Source: a virus
IMG/VR virus record: IMGVR_UViG_3300045988_032792
Coordinates: 1 to 46,495 of that record
Direction: 5' to 3' (one strand)
DNA length: 46,495 nucleotides
Of this stretch, positions 6,979-15,973 are shown in pieces. Numbering within the stretch: position 1 is the first letter of the stretch; each line of letters starts with the position of its first letter. The position numbers and the translations under genes are program-made. The notes below the pieces were generated by a model, which ran no database searches, had not been told where the DNA came from, and saw nothing but the letters and a program-made list of their open reading frames with translations.

Positions 6979-7440
6979 ATGTACGAAAAAACAGTGACGA
7001 TTTTTGATTATTACGAATCAGCCACGACAGGAGATGCGTACTGGTACCCTCATGTTTTATCCGACGTCGACCTCATTGCGGACAAGGGAGCAATCCTCAA
7101 AAAGTATGGACCAGACGCAACTGACAACGCACAGTTACACGTTCGATATACCGTCCAGAACGGCGATATAACCATTACTGATAAAGACGGCAAGATTCTC
7201 CCATATGTGCCGCCTAAAGAGTGGAAACATCAGATTAACAACGCTCTGGAAGATACTATCACATTCTCGGACGAATCATTCTTCTGGGAGGGTGAATGGA
7301 CTGGCGGAACGGTAATTGACAGTGATTACCGGAATGGATTCTATCAGTACATGAACGAGAACAAGGACAATGTATTTAAAATCACCAGTGTGGGCGGACC
7401 GTATACACTGATACCACATTTTGAAATATTAGGAAAGTAG
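6979..7440 (+). CDS. Putative head-closure / head-tail joining protein
   Basis: 153-aa ORF. Call rests on its position between the connector and tail genes. No family motif recognised. Confidence 0.5.
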   Translation: MYEKTVTIFDYYESATTGDAYWYPHVLSDVDLIADKGAILKKYGPDATDNAQLHVRYTVQNGDITITDKDGKILPYVPPKEWKHQINNALEDTITFSDESFFWEGEWTGGTVIDSDYRNGFYQYMNENKDNVFKITSVGGPYTLIPHFEILGK

Positions 7441-7448
7441 GATGCAAT

Positions 7449-7949
7449 ATGGCAGATAAACCGATCGGCAAGGACGCAGAGGGATATGAGATTCTAACAG
7501 AAGCCATGAAAGCACTTCTGAATCAGTATCCTGGGTTGTATGAAAATGAAACAATCAAATACGAAGAACTGGGAACTGATAGCGGTATCTCATTCTTTGC
7601 GGATACAGGAGCATTAATCTATTCAGAAAAAGAGGATGTATGCGGAATGATGCATCAGGTGTGCCAGTATCCGTTTATCGTGGTATATCGCACAGCTTCC
7701 GAAAAGGAGCGCCAGAAGCTATCTGTTCAGAAGTTTCTGGACAACCTTGGCAAGTGGATTTGCCGGGAACCAGTCACAGTAGATGGCACTGAGACGCGCT
7801 TATCCGCGTTTCCAGAGCTTTCCAGAGGACGAGTGATAAAACGCATCACCAGGGATAATTCCTACGGTACAGAGCCACAGGAGAACGGTGTACAGGACTG
7901 GTTACTTCCGATCACAGTCAAATATGAATATGACTGGGAAAAATGGTGA
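7449..7949 (+). CDS. Putative tail-completion / neck protein
   Basis: 166-aa ORF immediately upstream of the major tail gene. Positional call. Confidence 0.5.
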   Translation: MADKPIGKDAEGYEILTEAMKALLNQYPGLYENETIKYEELGTDSGISFFADTGALIYSEKEDVCGMMHQVCQYPFIVVYRTASEKERQKLSVQKFLDNLGKWICREPVTVDGTETRLSAFPELSRGRVIKRITRDNSYGTEPQENGVQDWLLPITVKYEYDWEKW

Positions 7950-7975
7950 TTGCATCACTTAAATATAACAATTAA

Positions 7976-8046
7976 CCGGCTATCAATCGGAGATAGTCGC
8001 TAACCTACACAGCCTTTTAAAAGTTATAGGCAGAAAGGACATTTCT
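7976..8046 (+). promoter_or_regulatory. Conserved hairpin leader upstream of major tail gene (copy B)
   Basis: Stem CGGCTATC/GATAGTCG, then GCTAACC, then CCTTT...AGAAAGGA RBS. Homologous to 3527-3595, with compensatory stem changes. Confidence 0.5.
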
Positions 8047-8550
8047 ATGGCAGCAGTTACAGGAAAGATTGATCGTAAATACATGGCTCATTTTATCGAT
8101 GCGGGTTCCCTTTGTGGAGGACTGACACCGAAATATGAACGTCTTGGAAAAGATCTGGAAGAGTACAATATAGAACTTAATCCAGATACTGAAACTTCTA
8201 AAAATATTCTTGGAGAATCCACATTTAAACATAATGGCTACGAAGTTTCTTCTGACGCTGATCCGTTCTATGCAGACACTACTTCTGATCTGTTTGGAGC
8301 ATTGCAGAAGATCGTAGACAACAGATACAAAGACGACAACCTAAAGACAAAAGCAGTTGAGGTCCATCTCTGGACAGAAGCCACAGCAGGCAAGTACGAA
8401 GCATACCAGCAGGACTGCTACGTTGTACCGACTTCCTATGGCGGTGATACATCCGGCTATCAGATTCCGTTTACTGTGAACTACGTTGGTGAGCGCGTAA
8501 AAGGAAAATTTGATATCAGTTCTGGCACATTCACAGCTGACAGCGAATAA
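8047..8550 (+). CDS. Major tail (tube) protein
   Basis: 167-aa ORF. Size, position upstream of chaperones and tape measure, and the N-terminus AAVTGKIDRKYMAHFID...YERLGKDLEEY resemble siphovirus tail-tube proteins. Confidence 0.8.
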   Translation: MAAVTGKIDRKYMAHFIDAGSLCGGLTPKYERLGKDLEEYNIELNPDTETSKNILGESTFKHNGYEVSSDADPFYADTTSDLFGALQKIVDNRYKDDNLKTKAVEVHLWTEATAGKYEAYQQDCYVVPTSYGGDTSGYQIPFTVNYVGERVKGKFDISSGTFTADSE

Positions 8551-8576
8551 GCACATATACAAGGAGGACATGCTAA

Positions 8577-9002
8577 ATGGCAAAAGTAATTAATACCAAA
8601 ATTGATGATGGAGTTCTCATTTTTACATTTACCAACAACGAAGACGAAGTTTTTTCTTCTTTCAAACTGAACCCGACGGATATCAATGTAGCAGCACGCG
8701 CAGAAGAACTGACAGAATATTTTGAGCAGCTCAAAGATTCCATTCAGAAAGTCACTTCCGGTAAAGAGATGGCTGAACTCAATAAACAGATTGAAGACAA
8801 AATCAACTATCTGCTTGGATATGAAGCATCAAAAGACCTGTTCAAAGAGCCGATCACAGCAACCACTGTATTCGGAAATGGTAAGGTATTCGCTTACATT
8901 GTTCTGGATAAGATCGCAGAAGCAATCGCACCGGAAATTGAAAAGAGAAAGAAGAAAATGCAGGCAGCAGTCAATAAGTATACGGAGAAGTATACAAAAT
9001 GA
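8577..9002 (+). CDS. Tail assembly chaperone
   Basis: 141-aa acidic ORF between the tube and tape-measure genes. Confidence 0.65.
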   Translation: MAKVINTKIDDGVLIFTFTNNEDEVFSSFKLNPTDINVAARAEELTEYFEQLKDSIQKVTSGKEMAELNKQIEDKINYLLGYEASKDLFKEPITATTVFGNGKVFAYIVLDKIAEAIAPEIEKRKKKMQAAVNKYTEKYTK

Positions 9003-9571
9003 CCGCCTATGAGCTCCCCACCTCACTAAACATAAGTGGGGTGGATTTTTCTATTAGAACCGATTTTCGCGCAATCATTGATATACTTATTGCTCAGAAC
9101 GATCCAGAGCTGGATGAACAGGCAAAAGCTATTGTTATGCTGAAAATTCTGTATATAGACTGGCAAGATTTACCAGAGAAACATCTTGCAGAAGCGTGTC
9201 AAAAAGCTTGTGAGTTTATCGACTGTGGACAAGCTGACAGTGATCCGAATCGCCCAAAACCACGATTAATGGACTGGGAGCAGGATGGCGATATGGTGAT
9301 CCCTGCTGTCAATAAGGTAGCTCATAAAGAGGTCCGGGCAGTGGAATATATGCACTGGTGGACGTTTTTCGGATACTTTATGGAATCTGGTGAATGCCTT
9401 TTTAATACAGTGGTTGGAATCAGGTCAAAAAAGGCAAAAGGAGAACGTCTGGATAAATGGGAAAAAAAATTCTATCAAGAAAACAAGAACATTATTGATA
9501 TAAAAACACGTCTCAGCGATGAAGAGCAAGCTTATAAAGATAAGCTGAATGAGATGTTGAACCTCAAATAG
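8999..9571 (+). CDS. Gp15-family tail assembly protein
   Basis: 190 aa. LPTSLNISGVDFSIRTDFRAIIDILIA resembles the Phage_Gp15 family. Start overlaps the upstream stop (ATGA). Confidence 0.7.
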   Translation: MTAYELPTSLNISGVDFSIRTDFRAIIDILIAQNDPELDEQAKAIVMLKILYIDWQDLPEKHLAEACQKACEFIDCGQADSDPNRPKPRLMDWEQDGDMVIPAVNKVAHKEVRAVEYMHWWTFFGYFMESGECLFNTVVGIRSKKAKGERLDKWEKKFYQENKNIIDIKTRLSDEEQAYKDKLNEMLNLK

Positions 9572-9586
9572 TTAGGAGGTGGACAC

Positions 9587-12415
9587 ATGGCTGCCGATGG
9601 CTCAATTATTATTGATACCAAGCTTGATACATCTGGAATTGATAATGGAGTATCGAGAATTAAGCAGTCATTTAACAGCCTTGGTAGTGCTGTAAAGAAA
9701 ATCGGTCTGTTAATTGGTGGGGCTTTTGCTGTTGGTAAATTGGTACAGTTCGGCAAAGAGTGCGTTGCCCTTGGTTCCGACCTCGCAGAAGTTCAGAATG
9801 TGGTCGATGTTACATTTACCACCATGTCGGATAAGGTCAATGAATTTGCAAAGAATGCAATGGCCTCAGCCGGGCTGTCTGAAACTATGGCAAAACAGTA
9901 TGTTGGTACGTTTGGAGCAATGTCCAAGTCGTTCGGATTCTCAGAAGCACAGGCTTACGATATGTCAACAGCTCTGACACAGCTGACCGGTGATGTCGCA
10001 TCATTCTATAACATTAGTCAGGACTTGGCTTACATCAAGCTGAAATCCGTGTTTACGGGTGAAACGGAAACACTCAAGGACCTCGGTGTAGTAATGACCC
10101 AGTCAGCACTTGATCAGTATGCACTTGCAAATGGATACGGCAAGACCACATCTGCAATGACCGAACAGGAGAAAGTTGCCCTCCGTCTGGCTTTTGTGCA
10201 GAAAAAGTTATCAGCTGCATCTGGCGACTTCATTCGTACTTCAGACAGCTGGGCAAACCAAGTGCGAGTAATGCAGTTACAGATGCAATCTCTAAAAGCA
10301 ACAATCGGGCAGGGATTAATTAATATATTCACTCCGGTTATTAAAGCTATTAACATCTTGCTTGGAAAACTGGCAACATTGGCAAATGCTTTTAAATCTT
10401 TTACAGAGCTGATTACTGGAAAAAAATCATCTGGAGCAACTAGTGCCGGAATTGCTGGAGCTAACATTGCGGAAACCGCCGATGGATACGAAGACGCAGC
10501 GAATAATGCTGAAAAACTTGCTGATGCTACCAAAGATACTGCGAAAGAAACAAAAAAAGCAAAGAAGGAATCAAAAGATTATCTTTCTACTCTTGATGAA
10601 ATTCATAAAGTTTCTGCAGATGATGAAAGTACTTCCTCTTCTCCTTCTGGTGGTACCTCATCAGGAGCTGGCATTCCAAATGTCGGAAGTGTGGATTATG
10701 GAAATTTAGCAGATGGAGAAAATGCACTGGATAAAATCAGTGAATCAGCTAAAAAACTTGCAGATCTTCTCAAAAAGCTCTGGAAACCTTTTCAGGAAGC
10801 TTGGAAGAAAGAGGGCAAGAAAACCATTGATGCCGCAAAGTTTGCTTTTTCCAGCCTTGGAACACTTGCCAAGAGTGTAAGCAAAAGCATCGTTGAGGTT
10901 TGGACGAATGGAACAGGCACAAAGATGCTTGAGACTATGCTGCGGATTGCCCAGAATGTGCTTAAAACGATCGGGAATATTGCATCAGGATTCGCAGATG
11001 CCTGGAACAAGAATAATGTCGGAACACAAATTATTCAAAACATTGCAAACGCACTTCTGACAGTGATGCAGTTCGTTGAAAAGATTGCAGCGGATACAGC
11101 AACATGGGCGGCGGACCTTGACTTTTATCCGTTGTTGGAATCTATCAGCAATCTTACAACTGCATTTGCACCAATTATAGAATCCATTGGAAATGTACTG
11201 GAATGGATTTACAGGAACATTGTTCTTCCAATGCTTAAATGGGTAATCGAAACAGGTATTCCCACAATAATTAACCTGGTTTCTACTATGGTCAATTTCT
11301 TTGCGGAAAATCAGCCTATAATAGAAGCTTTTGGTGAAATTCTTGTCGGAGCTTTTGCGGCAACAAAAATATCATCATTGATAAGCGTTATAACTACAAG
11401 CATATCAGGACTTATAGGATTCATAACAGGAGCAGGTGGATTAATTCCGGCATTAAAATCCATTGTTCTTATGCTGGGGGGACCAGTAACAATTGCTATT
11501 GCTGCTGTTATAGCTGCAGGAATATTATTATGGAAAAACTGGGACACCGTAAAAAAAGCTGCTAAAAAATTAGCTGATTATGTTGTTGATAGAACAAAAG
11601 CTATGGCAGAAGGTGCCGTTGAAAAAATCAAGGATTTAAAGGAAAAAGGAATTAGATTCCTCGGAATTCTTAGAGATGAAGTAAAAAAAATATGGGAAAA
11701 AATGTTAACTACGACAGGAGAATTTACTGGAAAAATAAGAGATGGTGCTGTACTAGCATATAAAGGATTGAAGGAAAAAGCTCTTTCTGTTCTTGAAAAC
11801 GCTAGAGATAAAATGTACGGAGTATGGGAGAGTATTAAATCTACTGCGCAGGATGTGTGGGAAAATTTGTATTCTTTTGTTCCGAATAAAGTTGAAGAAA
11901 TCAGGGCAGCTATTGTAGATAAATTCGTGAATGCGAAAAATACGGTTGTAGATGCATTTTATGGAATCAGAGATACAATTCGTGAAATTTTAAACAAAGT
12001 AATTGGAATTGCGAACCGTGCCATAGGAACCGTAAATGGTGCAATAGGTGGAATTGAATCAGCATTTACTTTTGGCCCGTGGGAAGTGCCTACTCCTTTT
12101 GGAAAAAAGCGAATTGGATTTAAGGCAACCTTTCCTCGTGTATCCACCATTCCATATCTTGCAAAAGGAGCCGTTATTCCGCCTAGATCCGAATTTCTGG
12201 CCGTGCTTGGAGATCAGAAAAATGGAAAGAACCTGGAAGCTCCGGAAGACCTGTTAAGACAGATCGTGAGAGAGGAAGCTGGAGGAAATCAAATCGGTGG
12301 CGGAACATTTCAATTTATTGCACAAGTTGATCGCAGAACATTGTTTGACAAGGTTATTGAAGAAGCAAAATTAAGACGAGATACAAGCGGCAAAAACCCA
12401 TTTGATTTGGCATAG
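9587..12415 (+). CDS. Tape measure protein
   Basis: 942-aa ORF with helical repeats and hydrophobic Gly/Ala-rich TM-like segments. Canonical position. Confidence 0.9.
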   Translation: MAADGSIIIDTKLDTSGIDNGVSRIKQSFNSLGSAVKKIGLLIGGAFAVGKLVQFGKECVALGSDLAEVQNVVDVTFTTMSDKVNEFAKNAMASAGLSETMAKQYVGTFGAMSKSFGFSEAQAYDMSTALTQLTGDVASFYNISQDLAYIKLKSVFTGETETLKDLGVVMTQSALDQYALANGYGKTTSAMTEQEKVALRLAFVQKKLSAASGDFIRTSDSWANQVRVMQLQMQSLKATIGQGLINIFTPVIKAINILLGKLATLANAFKSFTELITGKKSSGATSAGIAGANIAETADGYEDAANNAEKLADATKDTAKETKKAKKESKDYLSTLDEIHKVSADDESTSSSPSGGTSSGAGIPNVGSVDYGNLADGENALDKISESAKKLADLLKKLWKPFQEAWKKEGKKTIDAAKFAFSSLGTLAKSVSKSIVEVWTNGTGTKMLETMLRIAQNVLKTIGNIASGFADAWNKNNVGTQIIQNIANALLTVMQFVEKIAADTATWAADLDFYPLLESISNLTTAFAPIIESIGNVLEWIYRNIVLPMLKWVIETGIPTIINLVSTMVNFFAENQPIIEAFGEILVGAFAATKISSLISVITTSISGLIGFITGAGGLIPALKSIVLMLGGPVTIAIAAVIAAGILLWKNWDTVKKAAKKLADYVVDRTKAMAEGAVEKIKDLKEKGIRFLGILRDEVKKIWEKMLTTTGEFTGKIRDGAVLAYKGLKEKALSVLENARDKMYGVWESIKSTAQDVWENLYSFVPNKVEEIRAAIVDKFVNAKNTVVDAFYGIRDTIREILNKVIGIANRAIGTVNGAIGGIESAFTFGPWEVPTPFGKKRIGFKATFPRVSTIPYLAKGAVIPPRSEFLAVLGDQKNGKNLEAPEDLLRQIVREEAGGNQIGGGTFQFIAQVDRRTLFDKVIEEAKLRRDTSGKNPFDLA

Positions 12416-12426
12416 GAGGTGGAAAC

Positions 12427-12825
12427 GTGGCAACCATCAGTAAAAGCATTAAAGAACGATACAAGATGAACAACGTTTCCATTTATCAGCCAGACAAGGA
12501 CATGGGATATAACTTTGAAACAACCTATTCAGAAGGAAGCAATCGTACCCAATATGGAAAAGCAATACTAGTTCCGTTGTTTACGGTAGAGCAATATTCA
12601 TACAAAGCGACTCACGTTCCTTTAGTAGAAGTCACTAAGATTTTACAGATTATTGCAAAGGGGAAAAATTTCACATTGCATCACTATTCCTTATATTACG
12701 GTGCATGGAGAGATGATTTATTTTACGTCGGAAAATCCGGAAATCTAACTATTGGAAACATTTCTGATGATGGGTATGTATCAGAATTATCATTTAACAT
12801 GACGGGGGTGAATCCAATTGATTAA
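12427..12825 (+). CDS. Putative distal tail protein (short)
   Basis: GTG start after taggaggtgg. 132 aa, directly after the tape measure gene. Confidence 0.5.
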   Translation: MATISKSIKERYKMNNVSIYQPDKDMGYNFETTYSEGSNRTQYGKAILVPLFTVEQYSYKATHVPLVEVTKILQIIAKGKNFTLHHYSLYYGAWRDDLFYVGKSGNLTIGNISDDGYVSELSFNMTGVNPID

Positions 12826-15800
12826 TGTTTCAAAAGCGTTCAAAGATGCGCTTGCAGAAGGAGAAAAATTATATGAAGTAGTGGATATCACCTTCGCCGA
12901 TGGAAGAAAAAAGACCTTGGACAGTGAGATCCTGGTAGGCGGCGGGACCTTTACGGACTGTGCTGAAAGCAGCAGCTTTCCCATTGGAATCACCGTGTGT
13001 AAGTCCATGACTCTCAGCCTGGACAACACAGAGGACCAGTGGAAGGACTATTACTTTTATAAGGCAAAATTAACCGCCTACTTGAAAATGCAAGTCACCG
13101 ACACCGTAGTAGAAACCATCAAAAAAGGAACCTACACCATCACAACCCCGGAACAGTACGGTGAAGTCCTTGAATTCACGGCCCTGGACGATATGTATAA
13201 AGCCAATGCACCTTACACAAGCAACCTGGTTCTTCCGCAGTCAGCTTTTACGCTGCTTCGGGATGCCTGCGCCACAATCGGAATCACCATGGGCTTTTCT
13301 TCCATGGAGCATGGGAATGTAATAATCAACAGCATTCCAGAAGGAATCACTTTCCGACAACTGATCGGATGGGTGGCTATGCTGGATTCTGCCAATGCAA
13401 GAGTGGATGTGGATGGAAAGCTGCAGTTGATCAAATGGGACTTCGAGTCAGTTGCAGTAGACTATGGAGCAACATTGGACTCCGCTGGATACCTCATTTT
13501 TGGCGGCGGAGCCAGTGCGGACTCCGAAGGATTCATATCCCCAAATGCGGGAAACTGGTACTTGGATAGTGAGGGCTTTCTGACGCTCCGTGAAGGCGTT
13601 GGAAACCCTCAAAGGTTAATGGATTACACATCCTTCCCTACACTTTCCAGTGATGATATTGTGATCACCGGAATCAAGGTAAAAAACACAGAATCCGAAG
13701 CCATGTACGGCAAGGACGGATACGTCCTTGAACTTGAAAACGATCTATTAAGTGATGTAGATCTTGGAACTGTAGCCGGCTGGATCGGGGACAACCTGAT
13801 TGGAAAGGCATTCAGAAGCCTGGAAGGAGATCTCGCCTATAACCCAATATCTGAATTTGGTGATATGGCCTTCACTTACGATCGAAGGGAGAACAAATAT
13901 ATCACTCCCATAACCGATATAACAAGCAACCTTAATTCCACAACCACGGTGAAAACCCAGGCAGATGATCCTATCCGAGGAGAAAGTAAATTTATTTCCA
14001 ACACCGAAAAAACAATCCAGATTGCCAAAAAACTTGTTAACACAGAAAAAAACGAACGGCAGCAGGCAGTAGAACAGCTGGAGAAAACGCTGCAACAGGC
14101 TTCTGGCTTATATGAAACTAATGTAAAGCTTGAAGATGGAAGCACTATAACATATCTGCATGATAAGCCACTTTTGGCAGAATCCAAAAATGTAATAAAA
14201 TTTACAGCTGAAGGAATTGGAGTATCCAATGACGGCGGAAAAACCTATCCATATGGATTTATTTTGGACGGAACAACGATAACCAGGCTTTTATATGCAG
14301 AAGGCATTAACGCTGATTATGTAAATTCTGGATGCTTTAAAGTAGTGGATGCTGATGGAAAAATAATCTTCCAAGCAGATATGGACACCAAAAAAGTATA
14401 TATGGACGGTTCCGTTCAGATTGGCGGTGGCAAAACAATTAAAGAGATTCAGGAAACCGCCGAAAATGCTATGAAAGCAGCAGCCCTGGCAAAAAATATG
14501 ACTCTGCAGTTGAGCAACGAATATCAGGGGATTTCCGTAGATTCTAATGGAAATTATGGAGCCTTCCCCTCCGGAATAACCACACAGGCAGCAGTAATGT
14601 ACGGCACCCAGGACATAACCTCAGAGTGTACCTATACCATATCCACCTCCGACAGTATAACCGGTTCCTGGAATTCCTCCACAAAAACCTACACCGTAAC
14701 CGGTTTAACAGCCGACTCCGGATGGATAGATATCAAAGCCACATATATAAGCACCCTCTCCGTAACCAAGCGTTTTTCCCTCTCCAAGCTCTACGCTGGA
14801 GAACAGGGGGAAGCAGGAAGGACGTACTTCATCGAGCTTTCCGCAAACGTTCTGAAGCGCGGGCAGAATAAGATTGTATCCCCCACGACAGTAGAGGGCC
14901 GTGCATATTACAGAGACGGATCCAGCGCAGAGAGAACTGCATATGCCGGACGATGGAAGATTGAAACATCAACTAACGGAACTGATTTCAAATCCCTCAG
15001 TTACTCTACTGAAGATGAAACAAAAAGGAGTTGCCTGGTAAGCCTCCTGGGAGAAAGCATCATTTCGGTACGCTTCACCTTATATGCAGCCGGCGGCACC
15101 ACTACCCCATTAGATACCCAAACCATCCCGATCCTGATTGATGTAGCCGCCCTCACACATGAGCAGATCTTCAATCTTCTCACGGATGATGGAGCAATTA
15201 AAGGAATCTACAAAGAAGGAAATCAGTTATATATATCCTTTACATACGCAAAAGGTGGCATACTGAAGCTTGGAGGCCCGAATAATGGATATGGAATCTT
15301 TGAAGTGTACGATGCCAGCGGAAATCTTATTACACAAATTAATAACTCTGTTGGATTCAAAAATATAAAAGGAGAAGAATGGTTTCAAATAAAGGAGTCC
15401 GTAGCAACTGCAGGATATGGAGAAGAAACAGATGGATTGCTTGATCTATCGGCACAGTATGAAGATGGAAGAAATGTGGTTTTGGAAGCCATAACAGGGG
15501 ACTTGGTGCTGAAAATGAAAAATTCTTTTCGACTTGTTGGAATGAAGGCACTTACGGGTGGAAACACGGTGATGTTCAACCCGTATAGTACATTTACGGG
15601 ATATGCTTCATCTTCATCAAGCCGATATAAGGTTGTTGGAAATCCAGTTGAAGAAAAGGATATAGAAGATCTATATGATATTAAGGTAGTCTGGGCAAAA
15701 TATAAAGACGAATATCTATCAGAAAAAGATGAGCGTTACGGAAAAGAAATGCCAATGTTCTTGGCCGAAGATATCGATAACAAGTTTTCAATCGCAGCGG

Positions 15801-15970
15801 ACCATGACGATCAAGGCCGCGCCGAAAACTGGAACTACCGAATCATGATTCCATGCATGTTTTCCATGATCAAAAACGATCATAAAAAAATATCATCCAT
15901 CCAGGCCGAGCTGAAGAATCTGAAATCTGAACTGCAAGATCTGAAGAAGCTAATATTGAAAGGAGAATAA
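12818..15970 (+). CDS. Tail-associated (Tal-like) minor structural protein with C-terminal intramolecular-chaperone (S74-like) domain
   Basis: TTG start after gggggtg. 1050 aa. The N-terminus resembles prophage tail endopeptidase-type Tal proteins. The C-terminus SSSSRYKVVGNPVEEKDIEDLYDIKVVWAKYKD...coiled coil is typical of autocleaving chaperone domains. Confidence 0.8.
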   Translation: MINVSKAFKDALAEGEKLYEVVDITFADGRKKTLDSEILVGGGTFTDCAESSSFPIGITVCKSMTLSLDNTEDQWKDYYFYKAKLTAYLKMQVTDTVVETIKKGTYTITTPEQYGEVLEFTALDDMYKANAPYTSNLVLPQSAFTLLRDACATIGITMGFSSMEHGNVIINSIPEGITFRQLIGWVAMLDSANARVDVDGKLQLIKWDFESVAVDYGATLDSAGYLIFGGGASADSEGFISPNAGNWYLDSEGFLTLREGVGNPQRLMDYTSFPTLSSDDIVITGIKVKNTESEAMYGKDGYVLELENDLLSDVDLGTVAGWIGDNLIGKAFRSLEGDLAYNPISEFGDMAFTYDRRENKYITPITDITSNLNSTTTVKTQADDPIRGESKFISNTEKTIQIAKKLVNTEKNERQQAVEQLEKTLQQASGLYETNVKLEDGSTITYLHDKPLLAESKNVIKFTAEGIGVSNDGGKTYPYGFILDGTTITRLLYAEGINADYVNSGCFKVVDADGKIIFQADMDTKKVYMDGSVQIGGGKTIKEIQETAENAMKAAALAKNMTLQLSNEYQGISVDSNGNYGAFPSGITTQAAVMYGTQDITSECTYTISTSDSITGSWNSSTKTYTVTGLTADSGWIDIKATYISTLSVTKRFSLSKLYAGEQGEAGRTYFIELSANVLKRGQNKIVSPTTVEGRAYYRDGSSAERTAYAGRWKIETSTNGTDFKSLSYSTEDETKRSCLVSLLGESIISVRFTLYAAGGTTTPLDTQTIPILIDVAALTHEQIFNLLTDDGAIKGIYKEGNQLYISFTYAKGGILKLGGPNNGYGIFEVYDASGNLITQINNSVGFKNIKGEEWFQIKESVATAGYGEETDGLLDLSAQYEDGRNVVLEAITGDLVLKMKNSFRLVGMKALTGGNTVMFNPYSTFTGYASSSSSRYKVVGNPVEEKDIEDLYDIKVVWAKYKDEYLSEKDERYGKEMPMFLAEDIDNKFSIAADHDDQGRAENWNYRIMIPCMFSMIKNDHKKISSIQAELKNLKSELQDLKKLILKGE

Positions 15971-15973
15971 AAA

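Noticed and set aside
8722-9012. Overlapping +1-frame ORF as a programmed-frameshift extension of the tail chaperone (G/GT-like)
   Set aside because: It ends only 10 nt after the chaperone stop, so it adds no extension. Its product is basic low-complexity sequence. The -1 frame leading into 8999-9571 is open only from 8978, and no canonical slippery heptamer is visible.
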